Origin: Eledone cirrhosa
Lineage: Eukaryota
Length of the DNA stretch: 64,000 nt
Direction of reading: 5' to 3'
Assembly: GCA_964016885.1 (NCBI GenBank)
Contig: OZ024742.1
Location: 66,464,001-66,528,000 of the forward strand
In this document: positions 26,928 to 41,269 of the stretch, piece by piece
How the letters are laid out: the number at the start of each line of letters is the position of its first letter
How positions within the stretch are numbered: position 1 is the stretch's first letter
Notes under the pieces: generated by a model
Databases searched by the model: none
Told to the model about the DNA's origin: nothing
What the model saw: the letters and a program-made list of their open reading frames with translations, nothing else
Translations under genes and position numbers: made by a program

Positions 26928-28885
26928 ATGTTAAATGAAGCTAACGAAAATAGTGGTGGGGGGACAGCGGTAAGAGTTGTAAGCTCGCACGCTTTAGTCC
27001 CCCCCCTTCCTTCCCAACTAACGTCATAGAGAAAGAAAGGAAAAATAAAATAAAAACAGACGAATGTGCGGAGAAAAATGTCAACGAAAACACAAATCTG
27101 GAGATTGATTCCAACAACAACAAAAATTTGAAAGAATTGCATGACAATATTAATACCACAAACAAAGAAACAACAAACACAAAAATAACATTTGAAAACA
27201 ACAACATCATAACAGAAAGCAAAACAGACGACAAAGTCAACACCAATAACATCTCATTTGCACAAACAACAAAAAAATCTTTAACGTACATACCTGAAAA
27301 TATTTCAAATGTGGCACAAAGAATAAAAAACGCCAAACAATTCATAACTCAAGCGGAAAATGGAGCCTTGTCGGTAAAAATGCCCCAAGAACTCACCAAA
27401 GATATTGAAAGTCGGACGGTCGTTTTCCGCACCATCAACAACATCTCAAAAAAGCCGCAAAAACCAACACAAATAGAAATTAAAGCGGTACTCAGAGAAG
27501 TATTTAATGAAGCCACTTTCATAAGAAGAGACAGGCTGTATGGAAGCCTGGCCATTATTATGAAGAACGAATCGGCGGCGAAAAAATTTGCTTCGTCGCC
27601 GATTCGTTCGACAAATTTTACCTTTTATCCATCTTATATGGGTAAAAGAACTCAGCGCATATGGCTGGATGCGATGATGCCAGATATGGACTACTGCTGG
27701 CTCATAGCTGGCTTCATCGATCTAGCGAATGACAATGTGATTTCCATTGGGAAAACCACAGGCAATGCGTTCAGTGGAACAGGTATAGAACTTGTAGTGC
27801 AAATGAAGCCTGAACGCATTGCCCAAATACCCGACAGAATCCTATTAGAAGGCCACGGGTATATAAACATTAGCGTGGAGGGGAGAAGGCCGTCCTGTCA
27901 TATCTGTGCAGGCAGAGGGCACCTGAAGGCGGCTTGTCCCCAACTCAACAAGAAGAAAACCCTGCTACCAACACCAGCTCCACCACCACCACAACTGATA
28001 AACAAACAACAAAACTCAGTCCCACCCAACCCGTCCCTCAGTAAAACTACACCACCACCACAGCACAAACAGACACAACACATTACCCAAAAACAAAACA
28101 CAGTCCCACCCAACTCCTCACTCAATAAAACAACACAACCACCGCAGCCACAACACACAACACTATCTAACACAGTGACATCCATATCCCCCACAAAGAA
28201 AACTCACACGGAAACACTACCAACAAATATACCGCTTCCCTCCAACACTGAAGATGACCCAACGAATTCGGAGGAAGAAACGGAGTCCTTCAGACAGATT
28301 AAAAGGAAAAAAAGAAAACATGTTCAAAACACACAAGGCCAAACAGCCCCTAACCAAATGTCAACACAATCCAACAAAACACAAAACACCCCTCCAGCAA
28401 CAAACAAAACAAAACCTGCCCCCCCCCTCTTCGAAACACTCACACCATCCGAAAAAAAGACATTACACTATACTTACATCAACAGAAACAATAATAAATT
28501 AAATGAACTCATAAACAATAACCCTTCGGTACAAACCGAAGGGGTAAACTTTGTTTTTTCAGAAAACAACCCACAATTAAAATGAATAAAGGTCCCAATG
28601 AACCTCTACCAAAAACTAAAAAAGGATTTTAAGGAGGACGTAGGACCACGCTCTGTCAAACCCATAAACCGCGTCTTTCTAAAAAGCTTTCCCCCTCCCC
28701 TTACCCTCCCCAACACAACTCCGAACACCCCAACCCCACCACACACTGACGACCCCACACCACCACAAGACATCCCTTCACCCAACACCCCGACCCCATG
28801 GAAGTCGTGCGACCCGAACCCCGGGAAGCAGAAAGGTAGGTCTCTACACTCTCCTTTGGATTTGCTACCCACATGGATGTGTTAA
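26928..28885 (+). pseudogene. Tx1 ORF1 (gag-like, CCHC knuckle, Pro/Thr/Gln-rich tail)
   Basis: CHICAGRGHLKAACP. ORFs 27128-28585 and 28598-28885 share a frame, separated by one TGA. Probable start ATG at 26928 is disrupted. Confidence 0.8.
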
Positions 28886-31800
28886 GAGTAGGATGTTTGA
28901 ATGCACGTGGCCTGGGCTCAACTTGGAAGCAAGCAAAGCTTCTAAATTACTTCAGGTCACGTGGTATAAATGTAATGGTTATCTGTGAGACTCGGATCAG
29001 CGTCGTACGGCAGCTGGACCCTACCTTCGATGACTTTGAGGTGCATGCATCTCTCTGTCAACCTGGAGGTGGGGGTGGGGTTGTAGTACTGCTGGAAAAA
29101 CACCTAGATCTCGCCGTACAGGTTGTTCACTCGGACACGGAAGGTCGTTTGTTGGTGCTAGACGTTGGCAGTAGTGGACGTGCGGCCTTGAGACTGGTCG
29201 CCGTCTACTCCCCTTTCGGAGCTGAACGACCCGACTTCTTCCAGCGTCTGGAGACTTTTCTGGGAACGTCGCGTTCTCTGCTTCTAGCGGGGGACTGGAA
29301 TGACATCCTAGATGCACGTTGAGACTATGCAAGAGCATGTCCTAATAGAGGGGGGTGTAACAGCCTCAAGGGGGTACTCGACCGTTTTAACTTGGTCGAT
29401 AGATATCGACTAGATTTTCCAACTGTGCCAACCTTGACTTGGACGAACCACAGTGGTCAATCTAGATCGTACTTAGATAGATTCTTAGTTAGAAGTAAGG
29501 ATAGGGACATATTAAGCTGTCCAGAAATGCTCACGGTTGGCTATACAGATCACAAATTAGTGACCTGCGTAGTCAACCTTGAGAGAACACATAGACAGAG
29601 TCCCGATTACTGGAAACTTAATTTGTCTTTACCGGCAAAAGAGGCTTACAGAGACCGGATTAGCAGATTAGTTAAGGAGAGGTTGACGGGTGCAATCGTC
29701 AACAACCGATGGTGGGCATCTCTCAAAAGAGAGATTAGAACAGAATCAATAAGTTATAGCAAGATGTTAGCTGCCGATAGGAATAGAAACGAGAAAGAAT
29801 TAACAGGTAAATTAGAAAAGTCAATCAAGAGCGAAGATGTGGCCAGAGTGCTGGCATCGAGGACGGCATTGAGCCAGTTTTTCGATGCAAAGCACGAAGG
29901 CTGCGTCATTTGAAGTAAAATACGTGCTCTAGGTAATGAGGGGGCCAAAGCCGTTGGCTGGGCCCGCGTCACAGAAGCTAAGACGAGGATGGACGGGTGA
30001 TCCGGGAGCCTAAGCAGATGTGCGAGGCATTTCAAAGGCACTTTGCCCGATTGTTCGGGGGAGGCGGGGGTCCGGGCGGGGACGTGGATTTCGGTCCATA
30101 CCTCGACGGCCTACCGCGTCTCTCGAGCGAAGAGGCAGAGTCCTGCGAGGGACCAATCTCGGCTGATGAGATCGGGGATGCGCTGAGCCAATGCAGCAGA
30201 CGCAAATCTCCAGGTCTCGATGGTATACCTTCCGAACTTTATTTAGCAATGCCGGTCTTCTTCTCCGAACTCCTCGAAGCAGTCTACTGCAATTGGCAGC
30301 AGAACGGGAGAATTCCTTGTTCTGTAGCCAAGGGCGTAGTCTCGCTAGTGAGGAAGGACGAGAACAAGGGGGATAGTATAAATAATTTTCGGCCCATAAG
30401 CCTGCTAAACACAGAGTTAAAGATTTTGGCCAAGGTATTAGCAAAAAGGTTGGCGCTTGTCGTGGGTAGCCTAATGGGAGATGCGCAGACATGTGCTATC
30501 CCATCCAGGTCCATTCACGACAACCTCCACCTCATGCGATACATCATAGAGAGGGTTGGCAACAAACCCGGCTTCGGTGGGGCCCTGATCAACTTGGATC
30601 AGTCTAAGGCCTTCGATAGGGTCGACCATGGTTACCTGGATGCGGTGCTAGCGGCGGCTGGGTTCGGTCCAGTTTTCAGAGGCTGGATCACTGCCTTACA
30701 TAGCAACCACATCTGTTCTAGGACCAAGGTGAACGGCTACCTTTCGAAGCCGTTCGAAATCACACGATCCATTCGACAAGGGTGCCCTCTCTCCTCCCTT
30801 CTGTACGTATTGACTCTCGAGCCTTTACTGAGGAAGTTGGAGTTGTTGCAGGGTATCCCCCTAGAACCAGGATTGAGCAAAGCGGTGTCGGCCTACGTCG
30901 ATGACGTAACAGTAATGGTATCGACCGACTCGGAGATCGAGGCGATCGGTACCTTACTGGAGGATTACGAAAGGTTGTCAGGAGCGAAATTGAACCGGGA
31001 AAAATCCATCGGGCTGCAACTCGGAACGTGGAGAGGCAGACCGATGCCTCCCGATGGTGTCGTCGGACACCTGGACGGAGGGCCCGGTGAAGGTGATTGG
31101 GGTCTGGTTTGGACCGGATATCCAGGTGGAAAAGAACTGGGGCGAGGTTACGAGCAAGGTGTTTGCACTGACCCAGAAATGGGCCAAGTGTAAGCTGTCC
31201 CTGAAAGGTCAGGCGGAGGTGGCGAACATTTACATAGCGTCCGTCACCTACTACCGCCTGACTGTCGTGCCTTGCCCTAAGGAAACACTCACCACCATGG
31301 AACGCATGCTCTTTCAATTTCTTTGGAAGAAGCGCCCTCCTATGGTGAGAAGATCCATCTGCTGCCAACAACCTTCTAAAGGAGGGCTGGGGATGCCGTG
31401 GTTGATGATGCGTAGGCACGCATTAAGGCTACGGCACCTACAGGTATTCCTCACTGGTCAACCGGTGTGGGCTCCGTTCGTGAGACGAGCTTTTCCGAGA
31501 CTCGTCTCGCTCACCGAGCTGCAGTCCTGGGTCAAGCAAATATCCGGAAAACTGGGCGACTGGCACACTGAGTGTGCCCAGGCGCTCAAGGCTCTCTGGC
31601 AAGCGGACCCGGCCATCGGTGGAGAATCCACCTCGTCATTCTATAGAGGGCTGGTGGCTAGCAGGGGCGATGACACCCTTGGAGAGTCGCTGGACATGGA
31701 AGAGGACGAACTGGCCAGCCTGTTTGGAAGGACTTTCGGCCCGGGACCAATGGACAACTTCCAGAAGTCACTAGCCTGGAAGTGCTACCGGGGGGCTCTA

Positions 31801-32277
31801 CCCGTTCGAGAAAAGCTCTACAGACACTGGCGCCCGGGCAGGGATCCCTCGAAAAAGATTTGCCCTAGATGCGTGCGTCACGAAGAAACCGTTGCGCACG
31901 CATTGGTGCAATGTCCGGGCGTGGCTGATCTGTGGGGCTACACCGAACGACTGCTGTCGCGTGTGGCACCGATTCGATTGACCGCCGAGTCCGTGATAAC
32001 AATCAAGCCGCCTCCCCTCTTCACAAAGGAAGCAAAGGCGGTTTTTCTATGCGTAATAGCCATGTTGAAAGAGGTTGTTTGGTGGACACGATTGAAAGGT
32101 CTGAGGTCAGGCAACTTCCTCTCTGGCCATAGTCTGGTCTACTTCTTGCGATATCACTTCGGAAGAAGGATAAGAATGGAGAGAGATGTGCTTGGCCACA
32201 GGCAGTTTTATGAAAGGTGGGTGATAGTGGCGAGAATGGCTCGTGTAAATGGGCCTTCTCTGTATACCATCTTGTAG
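28873..32277 (+). pseudogene. Tx1 ORF2: AP endonuclease, reverse transcriptase, CCHC domain
   Basis: GCLNARGL, CET, GDWN, YLDR, TDH, RPISLLN, LDQSKAFDRV, RQGCPLS, YVDD, CPRC..H..C. Two nonsense codons (29320, 29911) and frameshifts near 29985 and 31070. Confidence 0.95.
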
Positions 32278-32518
32278 GTAAATAAGTGAAGGAGAGGGGA
32301 GCACCTTCTCCATGTGGTCCCCGGGCAAAGGATTGCACACTTTTTCCGGGGTGTGTGCAACCCCCATCACGTCCCCTCCCTTTTGAGGTTGTTTTCGATT
32401 ATTTTCATTTCATACCCTTTTTACTCGGTTTTATGTAAACTCCCCCTTTGTATTTGTCCCTTCTTTTTATACCTTTATGGTAAATAAAGAAATATATCTA
32501 TCTATCTACCTATCTATC

Positions 32519-33168
32519 TGGCACATCGAGTGCCTTCAGGGGCTCACAACCCTCTAGCAAGCGGAAACGACAATCAGCGGAAACTCCACTTCAACATTCT
32601 ATAGGGGATTAGTGGAGGATACGTGCGACGACGTTCTCGGGGAAACTCTAGGCATCGATGAGAACGAACTGACCAGTCTGTACGGGAGGACTTTCCGTCC
32701 AGGACCTATGGATAACTTCCAGAGGTTTCTGGCCTGGCAGTGCTACCGAGGAGCTCTACCAGTTCGAGACAAAATCTACAGGAACGGACACCCTGGCAGT
32801 GATCCTGCCAAAGGGACCTGTCCAAAATGCGTGCAGGACATCGAAACCGTTCTGCACGCAATCGTTCAGCGCCCAGGGGTAACCGACCTGTGGAATTATG
32901 TTGAACAGCGACTGTTACGCGTGGGACGCATCCAGTTGTCAGGCGATTCCATCGTGAGGATCATCTCACCGCCTTCATTTAAGAATGAAGGAGAGGCGGT
33001 TTTTCTCTGTCTGGTGGCTATGGCGAAAGAGGTAATATTGTGGACGAGGTTAAAAGGACTGAGGGCAAACACCTTTCTCTCCGGACAACAACATATCCCC
33101 TTCTTTAAGTACCACTTCAGAAGGAAGGTGAGAGTGGAGAGAGAGGGGCGACACCCCAGTAAATTCAT
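32519..33168 (+). mobile_element. Tx1 ORF2 3' fragment of a related subfamily
   Basis: GPMDNFQRFLAWQCYRGALPVRDK..CPKC..ETVLHA. Confidence 0.9.
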
Positions 33169-33169
33169 T

Positions 33170-33410
33170 GAAAATACAATATATAACCAGTTTTAAAAAC
33201 TGGTTATATATTGTATTTTATCTGACGAAGGCATACCATATTTTTAATATGGTATCCCTGAAATATGTATAATGAAATAAATATGGTTTTATAAATATAG
33301 TCTCCATTTGTTTAATATCGTATATCTACTCCAAAAACTTGTCGAGTGCTTTATAGCAGTTATAAAATATTTACTTGTTGTAACCCAACAATTTTAAATA
33401 AAACTTTTGC
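33170..33410 (+). mobile_element. Solo PLE pLTR (family A) starting with a fold-back hairpin
   Basis: Near-perfect palindrome 33171-33219, then the HHR and a tail shared with 16005-16292, 41165-41295 and 63081-63257. Confidence 0.8.
33214..33279 (+). ncRNA. Minimal type I hammerhead (family A)
   Basis: tattttat CTGACGA aggcataccatatt-ttt-aatatggtatccct GAA ATATGTAT A atgaaata. Helix I 8 bp, AUA site. Confidence 0.88.
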
Positions 33411-33421
33411 ATATATGTATA

Positions 33422-33505
<84 letters not shown>

Positions 33506-33986
33506 CATTATCGGAGATAAATAGATACATTATTCTTCAATTACATCTAAATCTTATTTATCATATCTATATGAATTAATATAAATTTATCAATATAAAT
33601 ATACCTATCAATTAAATTAATTGATTTTGTTTTTTAGATGTAAATTCCTTATGTTTTAAATAAGATTGATATTTTTCACTAGCACATTTATCGTAAAATT
33701 TTATTCTCCTTAGATTTTAACATTAGCATTATTCTTTTATAACATCAAATTTTCGTGTACCTTTCACCGGCGTCACCTATTTTCATCCCCAAAGTAATCT
33801 TTTCATTCACAAATACTCTTTCCATTCAAAACTGAAGTCTGCTTTCCTCTACCCCTAAATTAAATTACTATTACGACTATTCTATCATCTTGACCACTTA
33901 CTATATTTCTATTGGTCAATTCAAAACCTGTTCCCAAACAGACCTATTATGTTAAATCTTTGTTGGTTTATTTCAATAAACAAATA

Positions 33987-34122
33987 TCATCATTTCTGAA
34001 GACAGCATATATAAGTAGGTATGTATATTCCCTCTGATAGTTTGTAAAAATTTTACATAGATCTATATGATATACATACCAACACACAGATATATGTCCT
34101 AGAAACGATCGTAAAATGATGA
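33987..34122 (+). ncRNA. Type I hammerhead (family F) with ~100-nt helix II domain
   Basis: tcatcattt CTGAAGA ... GAA ACGATCGT A aaatgatga. Perfect 9-bp helix I; inner ggtatgtatat/atatacatacc stem. Confidence 0.85.
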
Positions 34123-34180
34123 ATTTTTTAATATAAGGAACTGCTTCTTTGTTTTTATTCATTATTATTATTAATTTATG

Positions 34181-34267
<87 letters not shown>

Positions 34268-34361
34268 GTATATATATATGTATATATATATATATATGTA
34301 TATATATATGTATATATATATATATATGTAAATATATATATATATGTATATATAAATAGAT

Positions 34362-34422
<61 letters not shown>

Positions 34423-34476
34423 TGTGTGTATATATATATATGTATATATATATATATGTATGTATATATATATGTA

Positions 34477-34595
<119 letters not shown>

Positions 34596-34644
34596 GTAAA
34601 TATATATATATATATGTATATATATATTTATATATATATATATG

Positions 34645-34675
<31 letters not shown>

Positions 34676-34687
34676 GTATATATATAA

Positions 34688-35080
34688 TAGTAAAAAGAAA
34701 GTATCATTCTCGATATATCTATAAGAATGGAACAATAATTTAGAAAGAATAAATTGCAAAGTAAAGAAAAGAAAACAAACAAGGTACACGCGTACATACA
34801 CACATATATCTATAAGAAACATATATCTATAAAAAATATATATATACACGCAATACGTGCAGACAAATGCGTATGCAAGCGTACATACACACACAGGATG
34901 GACATATATATATACATACACATCGCCCCATGTATATCTATTCACGCGTACGTACGCGACTGTATACAAACACACACATACACACACATAAAAATAAGAA
35001 TGTAAAAAAACATAGATGTAAAAACACAGATATAAAAACACACATACATACACATATATATATACACGCACGCGCGCGCA
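34688..35080 (-). mobile_element. Fragment of a Naiad PLE 3' UTR (cryptic TA/TG sequence)
   Basis: Reverse complement aligns with about 58320-58830. Confidence 0.7.
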
Positions 35081-35107
35081 CACACACACACATATATATA
35101 TATATAC

Positions 35108-35166
<59 letters not shown>

Positions 35167-35187
35167 TATATACATATATATATATCA

Positions 35188-35448
35188 AATCAGACAACAC
35201 TCGCCTCCTACGTTTGGGACCTCAAAAGGAACTCCACCCCCTTCACGCTTAATTGGAAAATACTCCAGAAAGCGCGCTCTTACAACGGAGGACACAAGGG
35301 CTACGACCTTTGTATTTCAGAGAGCTACGAAATTTTATTCGCCAAGGGCCCGCTACTGAACAAACTCTCTGAACACTGCCCGAACTGCATGCACAAGAAC
35401 TTTGCAACATTCAAACACTTTAAGCCAGTGTTAAAGCCCGATGGCTAA
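35188..35448 (+). pseudogene. Naiad-type GIY-YIG C-terminal fragment (absent from the ORF track)
   Basis: Manual translation: [68 protein letters not shown]. Confidence 0.8.
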
Positions 35449-35589
35449 AAACGACCTCCCCCTATTGGCCCCTATACCTCCTCCCCACCCTACCCCCACC
35501 CCTCCTCAACCTGAAATACGGCCACTATGGTTATGTGAGTACATCTTTCGTATCTACATTTTCTGCCTGTAGAGGTGTCTTTATGTGCC

Positions 35590-35789
35590 TGCGTATATGC
35601 GTATATTTATTGAGTACCTATTTACCTGTATGTGTATATATTTGTTTGTATGTGTGTATATGTGTATGTGTGTGTGTATATATATATATATTTATATATG
35701 TGTATATATATATGGTTTTGTGTGTATATGTGTTTTATGTGTGTATATTTATGTATGTATATGTATGTATATGCTTGTGTATATGTATG

Positions 35790-35820
<31 letters not shown>

Positions 35821-36015
35821 GTGTATGTATGTGTATGTATGTATGTATGTGTATGTATGTATGTATGTTTATGTATATGTATGTGTATGTGTATGTGTGT
35901 ATGTATATGTGTGTATATGTGTATATATATATATATGTATGTGTATATATATGTATATATATGTATGTATATATATATATATGTATATATGTATATGTAT
36001 GTATGTGTGTATATA

Positions 36016-36056
<41 letters not shown>

Positions 36057-36090
36057 GTATGTGTGTGTGTGTATGTATGTATGTGTGTGC

Positions 36091-36157
<67 letters not shown>

Positions 36158-36277
36158 GTTGTGTGGGCAGGTGTGTATATATATATATATGAGTGTGTGT
36201 GTGTATTTGTATGTATATATATATATATATATATATGTGTATGTATGTGTGTGTGTATATATATGTATATATGTATA

Positions 36278-36344
<67 letters not shown>

Positions 36345-36357
36345 GTATATGTATATG

Positions 36358-36404
<47 letters not shown>

Positions 36405-36484
36405 ATGTGTGTATATATGTGTATATATATGTATATATATGTGTCTGTGTATGTGTATGTGTGTATGTATGTATGTGTGTGTAT

Positions 36485-36542
<58 letters not shown>

Positions 36543-36545
36543 ATA

Positions 36546-36592
<47 letters not shown>

Positions 36593-36682
36593 GTGTGTGT
36601 ATATATGCGTTATATTTCTGTATATATATGTCTATATTTATGTATAGGTCTGTGTATGTATGTGTATATTTGTATATGTATG

Positions 36683-36759
<77 letters not shown>

Positions 36760-36848
36760 ATGTATAGATGTTTATACATATGTATGTGTGTGTGTGTATA
36801 TATGTGTGTGTGTATATATATGTGTGTGCGTGTATATATATATATATA

Positions 36849-36895
<47 letters not shown>

Positions 36896-36962
36896 ATGTA
36901 TGTATGTGTGTGTGTGTGTGTTTGTATGTGTATATATTTGTTTATGTGTGTGTATATATATA

Positions 36963-37015
<53 letters not shown>

Positions 37016-37528
37016 ATGTGTATGTATGTATATATGTATATGGTTATATATATGAATGTATATATATATATGTATTTGTGTATATATATATGTGTGTGTG
37101 TGTTTGTGTGTATGTGTGTGTATATGTATATATATATGTGTGTGTGTGTATGTATATATGTGTATATATGTATATATATATGTATATATGTATATGTGTA
37201 TATGTATATGTATATATATATGTATACGTATGTGTGTGTATATATGTATGTGTATGTATGTATGTGTGTATGTGTGTATATATATATATATGTATGTATA
37301 TGTATATATATATATATATATATATCTATATATATAAATGTGTGTATATATATATATGTATGTATATATATATATATATATATATATTTGTGTATGTATA
37401 TATGTCTATGTGTATCTGTGTGTATATACATGTATATTCGTGTTTGTATGTATGCGTGTGAGTGTATATATTTGTGTATATATATATATGTGCGTGTGTG
37501 TGTATGTATGTGTATGTGTGTGTGTGTA

Positions 37529-37571
<43 letters not shown>

Positions 37572-37576
37572 ATATA
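35590..37576. repeat. 2-kb degenerate (TA)n/(TG)n array
   Basis: Direct reading. Source of the spurious 665-aa ORF. Confidence 0.95.
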
Positions 37577-37980
37577 AGATGACCCCTTAGCCTTTGTCAA
37601 GGCAGAATTCTAGGAGAAGGAAAACTCTGATATAACACCTGCAACCCTGATGGTATCCAATGATGTTGACTTGTTCTTCTTTTTGGTAAATATCATCTTG
37701 GTTAAGAGAGTGGGACTGGCTTTGTGCAGTGCCTTTGCTCACTATAAAAGCTTCACGGCACAGGCATTGCTTTATATCTGGAGATCTCTCTGCACTTGTT
37801 GTCACATGGTACCATGGGCCCAGCACTATGTGTCAATAATTGTCACAAGTGTAGTGTTTGTACCAGAGTTTTCAAGTCGCTGGCTGGACTAAAAAGTCAC
37901 ACTTGTTCAGCGCATCGGTAGGGGTTCTCCTACATGGATATAAAGTAGTGGCCGTACTCGAAAACGAGTTGGCAGCCACC
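37577..37980 (+). mobile_element. 5'-truncated copy of the RTE-derived element
   Basis: Near-identical to 8155-8553. Confidence 0.75.
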
Positions 37981-37985
37981 ATATT

Positions 37986-38046
<61 letters not shown>

Positions 38047-38686
38047 GTATTATATATGTATGTGTGTATGTATGTCTGTATGTACGTGTGTGTACATGAA
38101 TATATATTTATATATTTTTATATATATGTGTGTGTGTTTTTATGTGTGTATATGTGTTTGTGTGTGTGTTTATGGTTGCGCGTAAGTGTGTGAGTGAGTA
38201 TGTGTTTTTTTGTTTTTTTGTGAATGTGTCTGTTGATTTTTGGCATATAGTTGATTAGTTTAAGAGAAGTTCGAAGATAATAGTGAGATATGCACTCAGT
38301 ATTTTGAATCTGTCTGCAGAATTCTCTAGACCTTTGTCACTTAGTAGAACCTTAATGACTTTAGCTTTTAAAGAATCTCCCTTTTCTTTAATTCTATCGA
38401 CTATGACTGACCCCCCACTGATTTTATAGACATCTGTTAGCTTAAGAGAAACTTATTGACAAGGAATGGTAGGCCATCCGGAACCTGTTTATAGAATTCT
38501 GTCTGCCCTTGTTACTCTAAAAACATAAATAAATAAAAATAAAAATAAAAATAAACTATAGCTTTGTAGAATGAGCTTTTAATGAATTCCCTTTTCTATC
38601 AACCAATGACCTGCACCCATCCCACTCCCCACCCTCTCCTACCACTTGTAGAGACCTATAAATACCATATTTATTTTTTGATACCC

Positions 38687-38737
38687 AGATTCCTGATGAT
38701 TTCAAATGAATGAAACTGTTCTAGTCCTGTAGAATCT
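38687..38737 (+). ncRNA. Type I hammerhead (family G)
   Basis: agattc CTGATGA t-ttc-aaat-gaa-t GAA AC tgttctagtcct GT A gaatct. Helix I 6 bp. Confidence 0.75.
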
Positions 38738-38751
38738 CATCTATATTAAAA

Positions 38752-38802
<51 letters not shown>

Positions 38803-38804
38803 TA

Positions 38805-38864
<60 letters not shown>

Positions 38865-39059
38865 TACATATATATATATGGAGGAGGTTATAGTTCACTT
38901 GAAGCATTGTGTAATGAGGTATAAACGTTTGTATATGTATAATAAAGCCAAAACAATGCAGGTATGGACATAGAATAAAGAATGCAAATGCAAAAGATAG
39001 TGTTGACAATTTGTCTTTTACCTTAGATTTATTGAAATGTCCTAAGTTTTCGAGATAAT

Positions 39060-39983
39060 ACCTTCTTCACCCGATATGTAGATGACATACTCATCCTTAC
39101 ATCATCCCGTGAGGAGGTGGATAAAATATACACCACATTCTCCAGCATGGACGCCAGTATAAAGTTCAGCATGGAACACCCCGATGACCGCGGATCCCTA
39201 TCCCTACTGGACTTCCAACTCAGGGTAACAGAGGAAGGCAACATCCACACCTGCTTCTATAAAAAAGCCGCCAGCAGGGACCTGTTCGTAGATTTCAGAC
39301 CGGCCCTCCCACTCGGTGCCAAGTTCGGATACATAAGGAACGAACTAATACGTATCCGGAACAAATGCACCGACGCTAGAGACCGAGACACACACACCAC
39401 ACATTTCCTGGAAGTACTCAAACTGAACGGATACACGACATCCACCACAAACCGTGCCAGAAAGAACAGAGGATACCACACCCGAGGCACTATCACTTGC
39501 TTCCTGAAGCTCCCACACTTCAGTGAAGAAACAACGACATCCATCCGCAGAGCCATCAGACGAGAGGGACTAGATATCCAACTGGCCCACTCAGGTCCTT
39601 CTCTACGCGGACAGCTAACCAAAAGACACTCCACCAGACATGACAACTACTGCAGACTAGCCAACTGCCCCATCAACGACACAGACCTATGCCACCAGGC
39701 TTACGTCGTATACAGACTAGAGTGTGACAAATGCAACAACTTCTACGTAGGTAGCACCACCAGACCACTCTACATAAGAATAAAAGAACACCTCAATACT
39801 AACGCTTCCTCATTTAAAAAACACCTAGTTAAATGCAAAAACACCGACAAAACCATAACAGTTAGGATAGAAACTAAGGAAAGAAACCTCGGCAATCTTA
39901 GAATTAAGGAAGCACTAATTATAGACAAAACACAACCACCAATTAATAATAGACTAGAACTCAACACCCAATTTATAACTTGA
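39060..39983 (+). CDS. PLE reverse transcriptase C-terminal part plus GIY-YIG endonuclease (truncated, frame open)
   Basis: TFFTRYVDDIL..IKFSME..LSLLD..FYKK..VVYRLECDKCNNFYVGSTTRPLYIRIKEH..IKEALII..PPIN. Confidence 0.9.
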   Translation, partial: TFFTRYVDDILILTSSREEVDKIYTTFSSMDASIKFSMEHPDDRGSLSLLDFQLRVTEEGNIHTCFYKKAASRDLFVDFRPALPLGAKFGYIRNELIRIRNKCTDARDRDTHTTHFLEVLKLNGYTTSTTNRARKNRGYHTRGTITCFLKLPHFSEETTTSIRRAIRREGLDIQLAHSGPSLRGQLTKRHSTRHDNYCRLANCPINDTDLCHQAYVVYRLECDKCNNFYVGSTTRPLYIRIKEHLNTNASSFKKHLVKCKNTDKTITVRIETKERNLGNLRIKEALIIDKTQPPINNRLELNTQFIT

Positions 39984-40398
39984 TAGAGCTCCTAGCCCCA
40001 TATTTACGCACACCCCACACGCACACACGCACGCACACACACACACACACGATTACACCTCCACTTATTCTCTCTCACACATACACAGACTAAACCTGTT
40101 CTAACAGGAGATAACATCTATCCCCCACATTTACGTATAGACATATCTTCTCACACTCACAAACACACACTCACGTACTTACACCTTCATGCATTCTCCC
40201 ACACACTTAAACAGGCATGTACAAAAAAAACCAAAAAAAACCCCCCAAAAAAACATAAACAAACCCCTCTTAAAGGGAGACTACTCTTTATCCACCTAAT
40301 CTTAACTCTTTGAAATTAGAGATAGAACAAATACTCTATATCATTTCCTGTCAGCATGACTTGGAAAGCTTTTTAGAATACTGGTTTGACATTTATTC

Positions 40399-40433
40399 CC
40401 TCTGAAGAAGAGATATTATCTCGAAAATTTAGG
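40399..40433 (+). ncRNA. Minimal type I hammerhead (family H)
   Basis: cct CTGAAGA a-gagat-att-atctc GAA AATT T agg. Lies in the 3' pLTR. Confidence 0.75.
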
Positions 40434-40559
40434 ACATTTAAATAAATCTAAGGTAAAAGACAGACTGTCAACAATATCTTTTGCATTTGCATTCTTTATT
40501 CTATGTCCATACCTGCATTGTTTTGGCTTTATAATACATATACAAACGTTTATATACAC

Positions 40560-40652
<93 letters not shown>

Positions 40653-40661
40653 CATATATAC

Positions 40662-40847
<186 letters not shown>

Positions 40848-40848
40848 G

Positions 40849-40978
<130 letters not shown>

Positions 40979-41008
40979 CATATATATATATGTATATATA
41001 TATATATG

Positions 41009-41164
<156 letters not shown>

Positions 41165-41204
41165 CGATATTAATAAATGGAAACTATATTTATAAAACCA
41201 TATT

Positions 41205-41269
41205 TATTTCATTATACATATTTCAGGGATACCAAATTAAATTATGGTATACCTTCATCAGACAAAATA
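41205..41269 (-). ncRNA. Minimal type I hammerhead (family A)
   Basis: tattttgt CTGATGA aggtataccataatttaatttggtatccct GAA ATATGTAT A atgaaata. Confidence 0.85.

Larger units (their letters stand above)
26682..32490 (+). mobile_element. Tx1-clade LINE, essentially full length, with a few disabling mutations
   Basis: 5' UTR, ORF1, overlapping ORF2 and a 3' UTR ending AATAAA. (ATCT)n on both flanks. Confidence 0.95.
38921..40555 (+). mobile_element. 5'-truncated Penelope-like element with inverted 5' pLTR
   Basis: 38921-39060 is the reverse complement of about 40415-40555. Contains an RT/GIY-YIG ORF and a 3' HHR. Embedded in (TA)n. Confidence 0.9.

Noticed and set aside
28583-29913. Three in-frame TGA codons in the Tx1 ORFs as recoding or selenocysteine
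   Set aside because: The two in ORF2 align with Trp and Arg in the minus-strand paralog and are one substitution away. The element also has frameshifts.
29754-32370. Antisense ORFs over the Tx1 elements
   Set aside because: Shadow ORFs of GC-richer coding sequence with no motifs.
35585-37582. Long YI/CV/HT-rich ORFs (665 aa here and many similar ones across the window)
   Set aside because: Translations of (TA)n/(TG)n/(CA)n microsatellites that lack stop codons; not genes.
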